From: a virus
Reading direction: 5' to 3' (one strand)
Virus record (IMG/VR): IMGVR_UViG_3300025012_000074
Coordinates: 7,106 to 71,105 of that record
DNA: 64,000 nucleotides
The translations under genes were made by a program, and so were the position numbers. Under the pieces are notes generated by a model, which was given only the letters and a program-made list of their open reading frames with translations, had not been told where the DNA came from and ran no database searches. Shown piece by piece: positions 46,614 to 57,342 of this stretch (position 1 is its first letter; the number at the start of each line of letters is the position of its first letter).

Positions 46614-46976
46614 ATGACGCTGACGATCAACGATAATATCACGATCGGTTCCTATATTTTCACCTACAACCCCGGCGGTTACGACGTGAAGAATCAGAAA
46701 CTCGCGGAGTTCGGTCGAACGATCGGCGGCAACCTTCGGGCGACCGGCGTATCGAACGGGGCCGGCGGGTTCGTCGTCAAGAAAGTCTTTTCGATCAGCG
46801 GCCTGTCCCGCGATCAACTCGACGACATCGAGGCCGAGTTCGTCAAGTCCGAGTTCCTGACGTTCGTGTCGCCCGACTCGAAAACCTACACCGTCGCGTT
46901 CACTGGTTTCGACTATTCGATGGAAGAGATGAAGCCGAAACTTCCCGGCTACTCCATCGAACTGACAGAGGCTTGA
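46614..46976 (+). CDS. Distal tail (Dit)-like protein
   Basis: 120 aa directly after tape measure, RTIGG.L, ends YSIELTEA. Confidence 0.65.
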   Translation: MTLTINDNITIGSYIFTYNPGGYDVKNQKLAEFGRTIGGNLRATGVSNGAGGFVVKKVFSISGLSRDQLDDIEAEFVKSEFLTFVSPDSKTYTVAFTGFDYSMEEMKPKLPGYSIELTEA

Positions 46977-48406
46977 CCGTGCAGGAATCCATTGAACTGA
47001 CGATCACCGATACGCTGATTGCCGAAGGGACGCTTCCGGTTTGTTACGCCGGATCATCGGAAAACGTCGCGGGCTCCGATCGCATCTACGTTTCGCCGGG
47101 AGACAACTTCGAAATCTTCAACAGCGAATTCAGGAAATACGGCGTGTGCTTCCCGTCCGACGATCCGACGGCGTTTTACTACGTTTCGGAAGCGGTCGGA
47201 AACGTGCTGTTCATCCGGCCTTCGCTGCGGCATGACCTCGGCGTCGCCAACGGCTACGCGGTGAACATCTACCACGGGAAGTTTTCAATCCCGCTGGAAG
47301 TCGTCGCGCGATACGGAGAGATCCAGAACACGGCGGCCAACCTCGAAGTAACCGGCGGGGCGTTCACGGGCGTCACCGTCCCGGCCGAAGTGTCAGGCCA
47401 GCCGGCCGAGGAAGCCTGGACGACCGTCGCCTACACGAAGGCGACCGATCTTGAATTGACCGGCCGCAACTTCTTGTCTTACAACTTCCCGAACCCGCTG
47501 ATACCGCCGTATTTCCCGGAGGCCCGCTATTTGTTCCGCGGCGCGCGGATTCGGCTCGTCGGATACGGCGACGGGAACGACTACGAAGTCATGCAAGACA
47601 TGGCGCACGCGACGGAAGCCGAACCGCTTGGCGGCGACGTGTTGGTGACAAACAACATTCGACCGGCGCAGTGCGCGGAAGTCAACGGCAACGTGAACGC
47701 GCTAATCAGCAGCGAAGTCAACTCGTTTGTCGGCTCGACCGACCCGACCACGATCGGCGCGGGGACGACCGGCGCGTCATCGCCGGACGATCCGCACTCG
47801 CATTCAATTCCGTCGACCGAGCACTACCACGGCAGCGGTCACACGCACACGGTAACGAATTTCCAGACGGTCATTCCGCTGACAAACATCGCGCACGTTC
47901 CGCCAGTCAACAGTTACGTGGAAATCCGCGGGGCCAAGTATCGCGTGATTTCATCGCCGGGAACGCAAATCACGATCTACGGCGCGCTCGCCGGTTCGCT
48001 GTTCGACGGAGATCCGGTCTACCTGCATTACGTTCCGGCCGGCATCGAGATCCAGATGAACCTGTGGCAGCATAGCGGGAACGTCTGCCTGTCGCAGCAT
48101 CAAAACATCGGTCCCGGATTTCAACCGGTCATCATTAATGCGATGAAGGTTCAGGGCGGGTCCGGCATGGACTCGAAAATCCTTTATGTTGGAAAGATGA
48201 TTCCGGTGTATGCTATCGCTCAACCGGTCTACGGCAACACACTGGAACATATTCAACAGATTACTTTCGGATCGTTCGACTTCCCTGGATTCGGCGGGCG
48301 GATTCGCGTCCGGATGAAAAACATCAAGAATGTGTTCGGCACGCAAACGATCGATCAAGTCGGCGAGTTCGCCCCGCTTCTGTATCCCGGCTCCGAGTTT
48401 TCCTGA
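46973..48406 (+). CDS. Minor tail protein
   Basis: Beta-rich; HSHSI/HYH/HTH fibre-type His motifs. Confidence 0.7.
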   Translation: MTVQESIELTITDTLIAEGTLPVCYAGSSENVAGSDRIYVSPGDNFEIFNSEFRKYGVCFPSDDPTAFYYVSEAVGNVLFIRPSLRHDLGVANGYAVNIYHGKFSIPLEVVARYGEIQNTAANLEVTGGAFTGVTVPAEVSGQPAEEAWTTVAYTKATDLELTGRNFLSYNFPNPLIPPYFPEARYLFRGARIRLVGYGDGNDYEVMQDMAHATEAEPLGGDVLVTNNIRPAQCAEVNGNVNALISSEVNSFVGSTDPTTIGAGTTGASSPDDPHSHSIPSTEHYHGSGHTHTVTNFQTVIPLTNIAHVPPVNSYVEIRGAKYRVISSPGTQITIYGALAGSLFDGDPVYLHYVPAGIEIQMNLWQHSGNVCLSQHQNIGPGFQPVIINAMKVQGGSGMDSKILYVGKMIPVYAIAQPVYGNTLEHIQQITFGSFDFPGFGGRIRVRMKNIKNVFGTQTIDQVGEFAPLLYPGSEFS

Positions 48407-48424
48407 TTGCTTTAGGGGGATAAT

Positions 48425-50218
48425 ATGTCAGTCATTCGTTCCGGTTATTCCGACGCGCGGGCGGCCAACACGGCGGCCGACGCTGCTCCTCCCGCCCCGC
48501 CAACCGACCTGATTATCGAATCGGTCGGGCAGCACGGGCCGGCCGGCGCGCGGCTCCCGGAAATCGGGATTTCGTTCATCGCACCGACGACAACGATCCT
48601 GACCGCGGCCGAGTCGCTGACCGACGACGAATACGATTCAGGCTCGATCGTTTCGGCGACGGCCACTCCGCAGGGAACAAACGATACGAACATCGCGACC
48701 GCGACCGATCTATCGGCCGTGCTCGTCCCGGGCGACCGCATCCTGTTCGCCGGCGACGTGAACCGTTATCCGGTCGTCGCGGCGACCGCCACCCCGCAGG
48801 AGGTCGAATTACTCTACGGGTTGCAGACCGCGCTCGACGCGGGGACGGTCATCCGGCATATCACGAAGACCGCCGAGTCGCCGGCCGATTCGCACATCTA
48901 CCGGCTGAACGCCCGCATCGCGGTTTCGGCCACGATCTACACCGACGACGCGGTTACCAAGTCGAAATGGAACCTGACGACCGCGCTCGGCCAGTGGGAA
49001 GACTTGAACAAAGTCATCGGGACGATCAACGAAGCGGGCCGCGAGTGGACCGCGCATCGCGTCATCTACGGCGCAACGCCGATGGTCGCGCTGTCCGACG
49101 CCGCCGGCGGAACGTCCGCGGTGGTCGTCAACTTCGACCCGGCGCTGTCGATCTCCGCCGGGCAGAAAGTCGGATTTACCGCGCTTTCGTCCGATGAATT
49201 CTATGAGGTATACGCGCTGACCGCCACGCCCGACCGGATCGTGCTCGCCGCCCCGCTGGCGGAAAACGTCGCGGCCGGCGCGGAGGTCTGGATCAAGGAC
49301 GAGTTCAGCATCGGCGCGACGCCCTACGTTTTCCCGGATTACTCGGCGATCAGCCTGGCCGACGTGGACGCGGAAACACCGCTCGTCGACCTCGGCGGGT
49401 ATTATCTCTACTGCCAGGCCGCCACGCCGGCAACGCAGGAAGCGAAGGGGACGCGGGTTGTCATGATCCCGCACGACGAAGTAACGGTCGACGGCGCGCG
49501 CACCGAATACACATGGGACGCGGATTCGAAGGTGTTCGAAGGCGACCGCGTGTATTTCTCGCTGTCCGCCTACGATCAGGAAATTCCGCTGCCGAACGAA
49601 TCGACGGCCGCTCTGAACGCGACGACGATTACCTACCCGGGAAACGTGACGATTACCGAATTCACCGAGGACCGGCCGGCGCTTCAAGCCGTGCTCGTCC
49701 TCGACAAAATCACCGAGCGCGGCGACGGTTCGAACATCCACCTGCTTGAGGTCATGAACCAGGCGACCGCCCAATACTCGACGCGCGGCGGGTATGACAT
49801 CTACCTGAAGTCGATGACCGCGCTCGCGCCCGGCTCCGGCGTCTACGAGGGGTTGACCGCGACGACCGCGCGTTTCTCGCACTCCGAGATCCTGCTCGGC
49901 GATCAGGTCCGGGTCGTCGATGGGCTCACCCGGCACGAATGGATCACGCAATCGGAAGCGGCCGGAAAGGTCGAATTCTCGGACGCCGATCTGGTCTTCG
50001 GCGACCTGGCCGTCGACTATCTGGCCGGCCACAAAGTCGAAAACATCTCGGCGTTCCGGGCGACCATCGATCGGACGACCGATTCCGTGTTGCCGCTCTC
50101 GAGCGAGGCGACGCCGCAAAAGCAATACCTGACCGACTTCAACGATTCGGCGACGATCAGCATTCCGTCGATCGGCCTTTACGCAATCGCCGCCGAGGCG
50201 ATCGATACCGAGGCGTGA
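48425..50218 (+). CDS. Minor tail protein with recurrent Ala-Thr-Pro motifs
   Basis: Acidic Ala/Thr-rich beta protein in the tail module. Confidence 0.7.
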   Translation: MSVIRSGYSDARAANTAADAAPPAPPTDLIIESVGQHGPAGARLPEIGISFIAPTTTILTAAESLTDDEYDSGSIVSATATPQGTNDTNIATATDLSAVLVPGDRILFAGDVNRYPVVAATATPQEVELLYGLQTALDAGTVIRHITKTAESPADSHIYRLNARIAVSATIYTDDAVTKSKWNLTTALGQWEDLNKVIGTINEAGREWTAHRVIYGATPMVALSDAAGGTSAVVVNFDPALSISAGQKVGFTALSSDEFYEVYALTATPDRIVLAAPLAENVAAGAEVWIKDEFSIGATPYVFPDYSAISLADVDAETPLVDLGGYYLYCQAATPATQEAKGTRVVMIPHDEVTVDGARTEYTWDADSKVFEGDRVYFSLSAYDQEIPLPNESTAALNATTITYPGNVTITEFTEDRPALQAVLVLDKITERGDGSNIHLLEVMNQATAQYSTRGGYDIYLKSMTALAPGSGVYEGLTATTARFSHSEILLGDQVRVVDGLTRHEWITQSEAAGKVEFSDADLVFGDLAVDYLAGHKVENISAFRATIDRTTDSVLPLSSEATPQKQYLTDFNDSATISIPSIGLYAIAAEAIDTEA

Positions 50219-53200
50219 CCGTGAAGGTTTCCGGGCTCTCCGACTCGCGTGTTCTTTCCGTCCCCGACGGCCCGACGATCGAGCACGCGCCGACCGTCAC
50301 GCTCAAGGAATGCGCGATCATCTACGGCAACGCCGGCGTTTCGAACCGCGTCCTGCTTGCCGATGATTCTTACCTGCCGGACGATTGCTACCTCGTCGAA
50401 GGCCGGTTCTTTTATCCGGCGGTCCTCCACACGGGGACGAACGTCTTCACGTTCCGGTCGGTCGACGTCAACGGCATCATTTCCGCCGTCTCGTCAGTCT
50501 CGATCGAGCGGAACATCCGGCCGATGGTTTCGTTCCGGACGTTCACGCTGACCATCAATGGCGTCGATTATACGACCTACGCGAACGCGCAGCCGAACGT
50601 CAGCGGCGCGGGCTCGGCCGGTGCCGGAACGCTCACCGTTTCGCTGCATGGCGTCGCGCAATCCGATGAAGGCGACTTCGCAATCGGAAACACTGTTTCC
50701 GTGTCGATGGGCGACGGCGTTGTCGATCAGACCTACAGCGGCAAAATCGACCTGATTGATATGGGGATCGAATCGACCGGCAAGCGTTCGTTCGAACTGA
50801 CGGCTGTCACCGCCGGATCGAAGATTCTTGAAGCAAAAATCACACGCTCGATCCTCGGCAAGTTGAACGGCCAGGCCGTCGCCGAGGTGTGCCGGGCCGC
50901 CGGGTATACGACCGTCTACGCGCCGGCCGGCAATCGTTACACCGGGCCGCGCTACTTTCAGGAAGAGGATGCGACGAAGATCCTTGGCGAGATTCAACTC
51001 GTCGAATCGTGGGCGCGCGTCGAACTGGACGCGAACACAATCGCGTTTCTTCCCGATTACGTCGCGTCGTTCATTTCGTGGACGTTCCAAGAGTCCCGCG
51101 AGTTGATGCTCGTCCATCGTTCGATCGACGGCGCGCGGCTGGTCAACAAAGCGCGGATCAAATACGTCGAACCGCCGGAAACGAATATCACAAGCGCATA
51201 CCTGGAAGCGAACATCCCGGATAAAACCGGCGAGGGCGAGGGCTACGCATTTTATGAATCCGACGCGATGGCTGCGGTCGTCACCTCGTATTCAGCCGAT
51301 TCCGTCGTCACGTTCGCGCTGTGGTCGAATTTGCTTGACTGGGAAAACGTCGAGCAAATCTATCTTACGCTCAAATTCAAAGGATCGTCGGCCGCCGGCG
51401 CGTCGTCGTTTACGAAATACGTTCCGCTCGAGACCTACCCGGAAAAGAAGATCGCGGTCGGAAACTTCGACCTGCGAATCTACCACCTGTTGAACGGGAC
51501 GCCGCTTTTCTGGAACTACTACGCGACGGACGCAGCCGGCCACGTCCTTGGCGGGGAAAACAATTTCAACCTCATGCGTCTGTCCGGAACGGTCGGCAAG
51601 TTCGATTCGATTATCACCGAATACGACGTGCAGATGACGGAAGAAAAGTTACTGGCAACCGTGGACAAAACGTGGACGGTCAACGGAAACGACACGCTTC
51701 CGACGACGGCCGAGGATGAAGTCGTATTCTTCCGTTACGACCACACGAAAACCGAGCACGACGAATACTGGGAATATGAAATCATCCTGTCGATCCCGTT
51801 CATCGATGCGGTCATGGGCTCGCTGCTGTTCGACCTCGATCAGGTCAACCGCAACACGGGCGTCCGGCTGAAAAACGCCGAGTTTGAAACCAAGGGAAAC
51901 TCGGACATCAACGGCTCGAAGTGGATCTTCGCCGTCCGGCCGCAACAGCCGAATATCCCGGTCCGGCGGATCAACCGCGCGTATATGAAACTGACCGGAA
52001 AGGTCAACATCGGCGACGCGATTATCATCCGGTTCAACATCTGGGGGCGCGAGTTCAACGGGTCGTCCGACTTCGAGGATTACACGAAGATCGACGAGAT
52101 ACAATCGGACGCCGCATCGATCGCGCGCTACGGCGAGCGGTTCGGCGGGGCGATCGTTTCATCCTACCTGGCGACGAAGGTTCAGGCGGCGAACCGGTTG
52201 CGGAAACTCATTGCTACCAGAAAGACGCCGATCGAAGTCGACACGCTCGACGTGCCCGGGTTCACCGAGATCCAGGCGAACCAGCTGATCCGCGTGACCG
52301 CGCTCGATCAGGCCGGCATTGACAAGTTCTATTGGATTCTCGAGGCGGACGTTAATTCGGAACGGTCGTCTATCGAGGCGGTCAAGATTCAGGATGTCGA
52401 ACTGGTTGACAAGGAAGGCGTTTCGTTCTGGCGGAACGTCGCGCCCGATGTCGACCTTTCGCTGACCGCCGCGATCGAGGAATCGAAGAAACCGCGGACG
52501 GATGAAATCCTTCATGGCACGGTCGCGCGCAACAAATACCGCGACATGTTTACCGTCCGGCTGGCCGACGGACGTGAAATCAAATACGTGCATTCGCGGG
52601 TCGATAACGTGAAGGCCGACGATCAGGTCCTCGTCGCCTACACGCCGGAAGGCAGTTACATCATCGTCGCCGTCCTGCGCGAAAACATGGAGTTTGATAA
52701 GGTCGACGACCTGGACGAGCAGGATCAAGAGGATTTGGAATCCGAAGATCCGAACGTGCGCGACAACGTAGCGGACGCCGATCAAGGCCGCGACATCCCG
52801 AACTACTGTTCCGTGAAATCCATCACGCCTTCGATGTTGATCGACGACATCATACCGCTCAACGCGACGTTTGATATCGAGATGTCGCACGAATTCACGG
52901 CTACGCCAGCGCCGGGGGTTCGCCCGGACGACGGCAACATTTCTCCGTTTCTCGTCTGCTACTACCTTTCAGGCGGGACGAATGTATGGCTTCCGATCAC
53001 CGTTCAGAAGGTGTCGGCGTTCGTCTACCGGATCACGCCGGTCCCGCAGGTGCTTCCGTTCGACACGGATATCATCGTCGGCGTGCAAAACATAACCCCG
53101 CTGTCGGCCCCGCATTCCTGGGGCCGAGAGTGGGATTGCACGTCGATCAGCGGAGCGATCCTGGCCGAGCGTGTTACCGAGACGTTCCGGGTTGAAATCC

Positions 53201-53340
53201 AGTTCACGGCCGACATGGCGCAAATGACGAGCGCGAACAGCGGCATCGTCCACTTCAACCAGCGGCTTGGATTCGACGAAGAAAACGTCGCGGCGATCAG
53301 GAACACCGACAACTACGAAGTCGATTACCAATACATTTGA
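50215..53340 (+). CDS. Central tail hub/baseplate protein with Ig-like domains
   Basis: GTG 50215 coupled to upstream stop; DAASIARYGE hub-like motif; C-terminal Ig-like segment. Confidence 0.75.
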   Translation: MTVKVSGLSDSRVLSVPDGPTIEHAPTVTLKECAIIYGNAGVSNRVLLADDSYLPDDCYLVEGRFFYPAVLHTGTNVFTFRSVDVNGIISAVSSVSIERNIRPMVSFRTFTLTINGVDYTTYANAQPNVSGAGSAGAGTLTVSLHGVAQSDEGDFAIGNTVSVSMGDGVVDQTYSGKIDLIDMGIESTGKRSFELTAVTAGSKILEAKITRSILGKLNGQAVAEVCRAAGYTTVYAPAGNRYTGPRYFQEEDATKILGEIQLVESWARVELDANTIAFLPDYVASFISWTFQESRELMLVHRSIDGARLVNKARIKYVEPPETNITSAYLEANIPDKTGEGEGYAFYESDAMAAVVTSYSADSVVTFALWSNLLDWENVEQIYLTLKFKGSSAAGASSFTKYVPLETYPEKKIAVGNFDLRIYHLLNGTPLFWNYYATDAAGHVLGGENNFNLMRLSGTVGKFDSIITEYDVQMTEEKLLATVDKTWTVNGNDTLPTTAEDEVVFFRYDHTKTEHDEYWEYEIILSIPFIDAVMGSLLFDLDQVNRNTGVRLKNAEFETKGNSDINGSKWIFAVRPQQPNIPVRRINRAYMKLTGKVNIGDAIIIRFNIWGREFNGSSDFEDYTKIDEIQSDAASIARYGERFGGAIVSSYLATKVQAANRLRKLIATRKTPIEVDTLDVPGFTEIQANQLIRVTALDQAGIDKFYWILEADVNSERSSIEAVKIQDVELVDKEGVSFWRNVAPDVDLSLTAAIEESKKPRTDEILHGTVARNKYRDMFTVRLADGREIKYVHSRVDNVKADDQVLVAYTPEGSYIIVAVLRENMEFDKVDDLDEQDQEDLESEDPNVRDNVADADQGRDIPNYCSVKSITPSMLIDDIIPLNATFDIEMSHEFTATPAPGVRPDDGNISPFLVCYYLSGGTNVWLPITVQKVSAFVYRITPVPQVLPFDTDIIVGVQNITPLSAPHSWGREWDCTSISGAILAERVTETFRVEIQFTADMAQMTSANSGIVHFNQRLGFDEENVAAIRNTDNYEVDYQYI

Positions 53341-53345
53341 AGGGC

Positions 53346-53711
53346 ATGATGGACGTGGCACCTGGGAAATACGATGACAAGGATCTTGAGTTCGCGGAAG
53401 AGTGGGGGACATTCAAAAGTGATTTCAAAACATTGGCCGCGAAGGTAAATGAGATCCATGAAACCTGCAAGTCGAAATGCCCGGTCGACATCGCTCGGGA
53501 AGTCGCGCGCGAAGTCGCGAAACTGACGATGGTCCAGCCGGTCGCCCAACAGCCGACGCCGCTTTCCGGCTGGCTGAAGACCGTCATCGGCGGCATCGGG
53601 GCCGGGTTCCTGGCCGTCTCTCTCGCGGTCGTCGCGAACTTCCAACAGGTGATGACCACGATCGCGAAGGGCTTCGCGTTGATCGTCAGTATTTTCCAGT
53701 CCAAACCTTGA
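53346..53711 (+). CDS. Putative holin/XhlA-like membrane protein
   Basis: N-terminal coiled coil, C-terminal hydrophobic helices, end of late operon. Confidence 0.55.
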   Translation: MMDVAPGKYDDKDLEFAEEWGTFKSDFKTLAAKVNEIHETCKSKCPVDIAREVAREVAKLTMVQPVAQQPTPLSGWLKTVIGGIGAGFLAVSLAVVANFQQVMTTIAKGFALIVSIFQSKP

Positions 53712-53758
53712 CGCGGAGCGATCCGCCGGGGCCGGCCTTGCCGAGAAAAGGAGCAATC

Positions 53759-54175
53759 ATGGAAACCGTCAGTCCCTACTTAACTTCCGGAAACATCGCG
53801 CTCGTCGCGTTGATTCTCATCCAGGCGTTCCGCGTCATCGCGCCGAAGACGAAAACGACGGTCGATGACAAGATCCTGAACATGTTCGACAACGGGACGG
53901 CCTGGTTGAAGGCCAACGCGCCGGACAGTTTCAACAAAGTCGAGGCGCTGGCGCTCACCGGCGCTTTCTCAGGCGGAGCCGCCAAACTCGCAGCCTACCT
54001 CTGGGATTTGAACGTCGCGCACATCGAGGACCACGGAACGCCGCTTCCGGTCGAAATGATCGAAGCCGCGCAGCGGGCCGCCGCCGGGCTCGATGCCGAG
54101 GATAAGGTCAAGCGTGCCGCTCCGGCCGCCGCGGCGGCGATGCCTTCCCCTCCGCCCGCCCCGGCTTCGAAATAG
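53759..54175 (+). CDS. Putative holin-like protein
   Basis: RBS AAAGGAG; single TM followed by KTKTTVDDK. Confidence 0.6.
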   Translation: METVSPYLTSGNIALVALILIQAFRVIAPKTKTTVDDKILNMFDNGTAWLKANAPDSFNKVEALALTGAFSGGAAKLAAYLWDLNVAHIEDHGTPLPVEMIEAAQRAAAGLDAEDKVKRAAPAAAAAMPSPPPAPASK

Positions 54176-54286
54176 AAATCGGGGCAAAACGGACAACGAT
54201 CGGCGTCGCCAAAGGCGGGATGTCGGCCGGAGTAGTCATCGGCGGCGGGAAGCCGCAGTTCGCTCTACGATACAGACGATCATTCT

Positions 54287-54322
54287 AAAAAGAAGGGCTC
54301 CCGATTGTGGGAGCCCTTTTCT
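54287..54322. terminator. Bidirectional rho-independent terminator at convergent strand switch
   Basis: AAAAAGAAGGGCTCCC-GATTGT-GGGAGCCCTTTTCT. Confidence 0.9.
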
Positions 54323-54449
54323 AATCACTGAAACAAATAGATCCATGAATACTTGACCATCGCCGCGGCGACGATCAACCAAACGACGCCGAATACGGAA
54401 CACGCCAATCCGATCAGTATTTCAGTGACGGTGTAGCCGCGTCGATTCA

Positions 54450-54650
54450 TCATACCTCCCTCGGATCGTCGATCATCCGATTCCACGAAGTGACCGCTCC
54501 GTGAACGGACTTCCGACGCGGACCCTTGACGCCGCATTTCTCGGAATTGAAACATCCGACGCGGAACACGCGCTGCGTGTATTCGATGATACCGGCGTGA
54601 CGGCCGCACGCCGGGCAACGGCAGATTATATGTTTGATTTTCTTTGTCAC
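54450..54650 (-). CDS. Lar-family restriction alleviation-like Zn protein
   Basis: CPACG...C....CG...AVTSWNR. Confidence 0.7.
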   Translation of the reverse strand: MTKKIKHIICRCPACGRHAGIIEYTQRVFRVGCFNSEKCGVKGPRRKSVHGAVTSWNRMIDDPREV

Positions 54651-54933
54651 AGTTTCGCCTTCCTCGCTTCCGCCGTTTCGTCGATGATCGGTTCGAGCAT
54701 TGACTTGCATCTAACAAGCGGAAACGATTCAAGCGCCGATGCAAACTTCATTATGTTTTCCGTCGCCGCTTCGACCGGCGGGCCAAATGCACCGGCAATC
54801 ACCCGCCCGATATTCTGCATCCCGTAAGTCAACCGCGCCATCGTTTCACTGAACGATAGCCGCGGCGTGTGCTTCGGGTTCCTGCAGCGGATGCCGTTGT
54901 TACGCTTGCCGTGGCGGGTTGAACGGTCGCGGG

Positions 54934-56286
54934 TCACTCCCCCTCGCACTCCCCGTCGCGCTTCAGGTCCGCGCCGTAGATCGTGAACGTGTTCGGGTCG
55001 TCGTCCGGCCCGGCCTCGCGCCGAACGCTCTCGAAGATGAGCATCCATTCTTCGGACGCGGCGGCCAGCCGCTTGGCGATTTGCGCCAGATGCGCGCCGT
55101 CGATGAACGAACCCTGTTTCAGGAACAGGACCTTGAGCGGAGGATTCTCGGCGACTGCCAAGTCGATCGACACCTCGGCCTGACGGGCGGTCGAAGCGTT
55201 GGCGAGCGGCTGGCCGTCGAGCGTGATCGTCTTCGTCTCCGCGTCGATGTCGAGCCCGGGAACCGGTGACGGCGCGTCGGCGACCGTCCGCTGCCGTTTC
55301 TCCCGCTCGGCCTTGACCGCCGCCTCGGAATCGTTGAACGCTTTCAACTTGGCGGTGTGTTCGGCCTTCGACTGTTCGGCGGCCGTTCGCTTGGCCGACA
55401 GTTCGTTGATCCGCTGCGCGTTGACGATCCGGCTGGAACACGTCCGGATCTTTTCCTCGATCGCGTCGAGCGGGCCGGCCGCCTTGATCCGCGCTTCCGT
55501 CTCGGCCGCCTGCGCTTCGAGTTGGTCGACCTTCGTCATCGTCTCGGCGATCAGCGCGTTTGCCCGTTCGATTTCGTTCCGGATCTGTTCGACCTTCTGC
55601 CGGCCCGTCTTGATCTTCGACGCCAGGCTTTCGGCCTCGGTCTTTTCGACCATGACCGCTTGCACGTCGACCGGCTCCTCGGCGATCCCGTTCGCGGCCT
55701 GACGCGCCGTCTCGTAGGCTCCGCCGTCTCGGGCGTTCATTTTCTCCGCCAGGTCGAGCGCCTGCCGCGCGGCCTTCCTGCGTTCCTCCGCCGCCTTGAC
55801 CGCCGCGTCGGAAGCGGCAAGCGCCTTGTCGATGCCCTTGATCTTCGCGAAGTATTCGAACTGCTTGTCCGCCGGCTTGTCGAGGAATAGGAGCGGGTCG
55901 CGGGCGACCGTAGAAAACAGACTTGATAAAAACTTCTGGGGCGGCTGCGTGATCGGCGCGCCGGTCTCGAGGTCGCGGACGGACAGCGACGTGGTTTTAC
56001 CTTCCTTGTTGAAGATCCGCTTCACGTCGTATTTGTTGACCCCGCGCTCGGAAATCACGCCGGAAATAACCGCGCGCTTGGCGTCGTAGTTCACGAAGTC
56101 GCCGAACGGTCGGTCCGGCGAGTTGACCGCGTAGGGCTCGATCAGTTGCGAGATCCCGTCGATGACGCTCGATTTCCCGGTTTCGTTCGGACCGTGGATT
56201 TCAACCAAGACGCCGGTCGGGTCGAAGTCGACGCGGGCCGCTCGGATCTTGCGGACGCCTTCCAGGCTGACGGATACGAGTCGCAT
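54934..56286 (-). CDS. SMC/SbcC-like coiled-coil ATPase
   Basis: Walker A GPNETGKSS, long coiled coil, signature-like ASTARQ, degenerate Walker B. Confidence 0.85.
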   Translation of the reverse strand: MRLVSVSLEGVRKIRAARVDFDPTGVLVEIHGPNETGKSSVIDGISQLIEPYAVNSPDRPFGDFVNYDAKRAVISGVISERGVNKYDVKRIFNKEGKTTSLSVRDLETGAPITQPPQKFLSSLFSTVARDPLLFLDKPADKQFEYFAKIKGIDKALAASDAAVKAAEERRKAARQALDLAEKMNARDGGAYETARQAANGIAEEPVDVQAVMVEKTEAESLASKIKTGRQKVEQIRNEIERANALIAETMTKVDQLEAQAAETEARIKAAGPLDAIEEKIRTCSSRIVNAQRINELSAKRTAAEQSKAEHTAKLKAFNDSEAAVKAEREKRQRTVADAPSPVPGLDIDAETKTITLDGQPLANASTARQAEVSIDLAVAENPPLKVLFLKQGSFIDGAHLAQIAKRLAAASEEWMLIFESVRREAGPDDDPNTFTIYGADLKRDGECEGE

Positions 56287-56725
56287 GTCAGCGTCCTCCC
56301 GTCTTCGGCATGTCCAAGTTCGGGTCGGTCGCGACCGACTGCGAGACGGACGGCGGCGTAGCGTTTTCGAGGCGGGCGGCCAGCGCGGCGTAGCAGTCGG
56401 CGTTGACGGCGCAGTCGTTGCACTTGTCGGCCCGCGGCGACCAGTTGAGCGCGTAGCAGTTGGGTTTGTCGTTCATTCGTCCTCCTAGAAACAGGTGATT
56501 GTGACGCACTTCGTTAAATATGACCGCCCGCGTTCGAGCGTCTTGATAATCTTCGTGACTTCGCGGCGTTCCGGTTCATCGAAATACCGCCGCAGTTCGT
56601 GTTTCAGTTCCGACCACCTGAACGTATCCGACGACCGGACGGCGGCCGATACCTTGACCGTAGATTCTCTGCCGTTGATTTTCATAAACATCCTCGGGCC
56701 GGAGCCGAAGCCCCGGCCCGGTCGG

Positions 56726-56899
56726 TTAGATCTTCACCGGCGCTTCGTGCTCGGCGACGAACGCCCGGATCGCGTCGAGGTGTTCGAGGATGGCTTTCGC
56801 TTTTCCTACGCCGAACGAGAAGTCGTTGCGCTCGCCGACGGGCAGGACGAGCAAGGGGTTGCCGCGGTAGTCGTCGCGCTTGGGTTCGCGTTTTTCCAT
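56726..56899 (-). CDS. Small hypothetical protein (57 aa, absent from ORF track)
   Basis: RBS GGAGGT; MEKREPKRDDYRGNPLLVL...FSFGVGKAKAILEH. Confidence 0.65.
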   Translation of the reverse strand: MEKREPKRDDYRGNPLLVLPVGERNDFSFGVGKAKAILEHLDAIRAFVAEHEAPVKI

Positions 56900-56999
56900 T
56901 GTTGTTTACCTCCCGGTAAGTTTGGCCGGTTTCCCGGCGTTGAGTGCCAGATGACGAGGCGGCGGCTCAACCCTCTCAGGCCGGCCGCTACTTGGCGGT

Positions 57000-57227
57000 C
57001 TACTTCATGTCGGGGATGAGACCGAGGGCGGCGAAGCGGATCCCGATCTCGGCCTCGAGCATCGCGCGCTTCTCGACGTCCGCGACCCGGCCGAGCGAGC
57101 GCATGATCATGCCGGCGTAGTGGCGGAGGATGATCGGGTTCGTTTCGTGCTTCGCGCGGTAGGCGTAGGTCGGGAAGCCGGCGGCGGTTAGGAGGGCTGA
57201 GAGCGCGGAGTTGATGGTGGCCTTCAT
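57000..57227 (-). CDS. Hypothetical protein, first gene after a promoter
   Basis: RBS GAGGA; biased codons. Confidence 0.65.
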   Translation of the reverse strand: MKATINSALSALLTAAGFPTYAYRAKHETNPIILRHYAGMIMRSLGRVADVEKRAMLEAEIGIRFAALGLIPDMK

Positions 57228-57296
57228 GTCGTTTCCTCTGGTCTTCTCCCGCCTTCATCGGCAGCGGGGCGCCGGTTCGTTTTCCTTGATAACTCC

Positions 57297-57325
57297 ATCA
57301 TACCATAATCTAGTTATCGCGTCAA
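57297..57325 (-). promoter_or_regulatory. Sigma70-like leftward promoter
   Basis: Minus strand TTGACG-N17-TATGAT with TGn extension. Confidence 0.75.
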
Positions 57326-57342
57326 GGGGACGGACAATCTTT

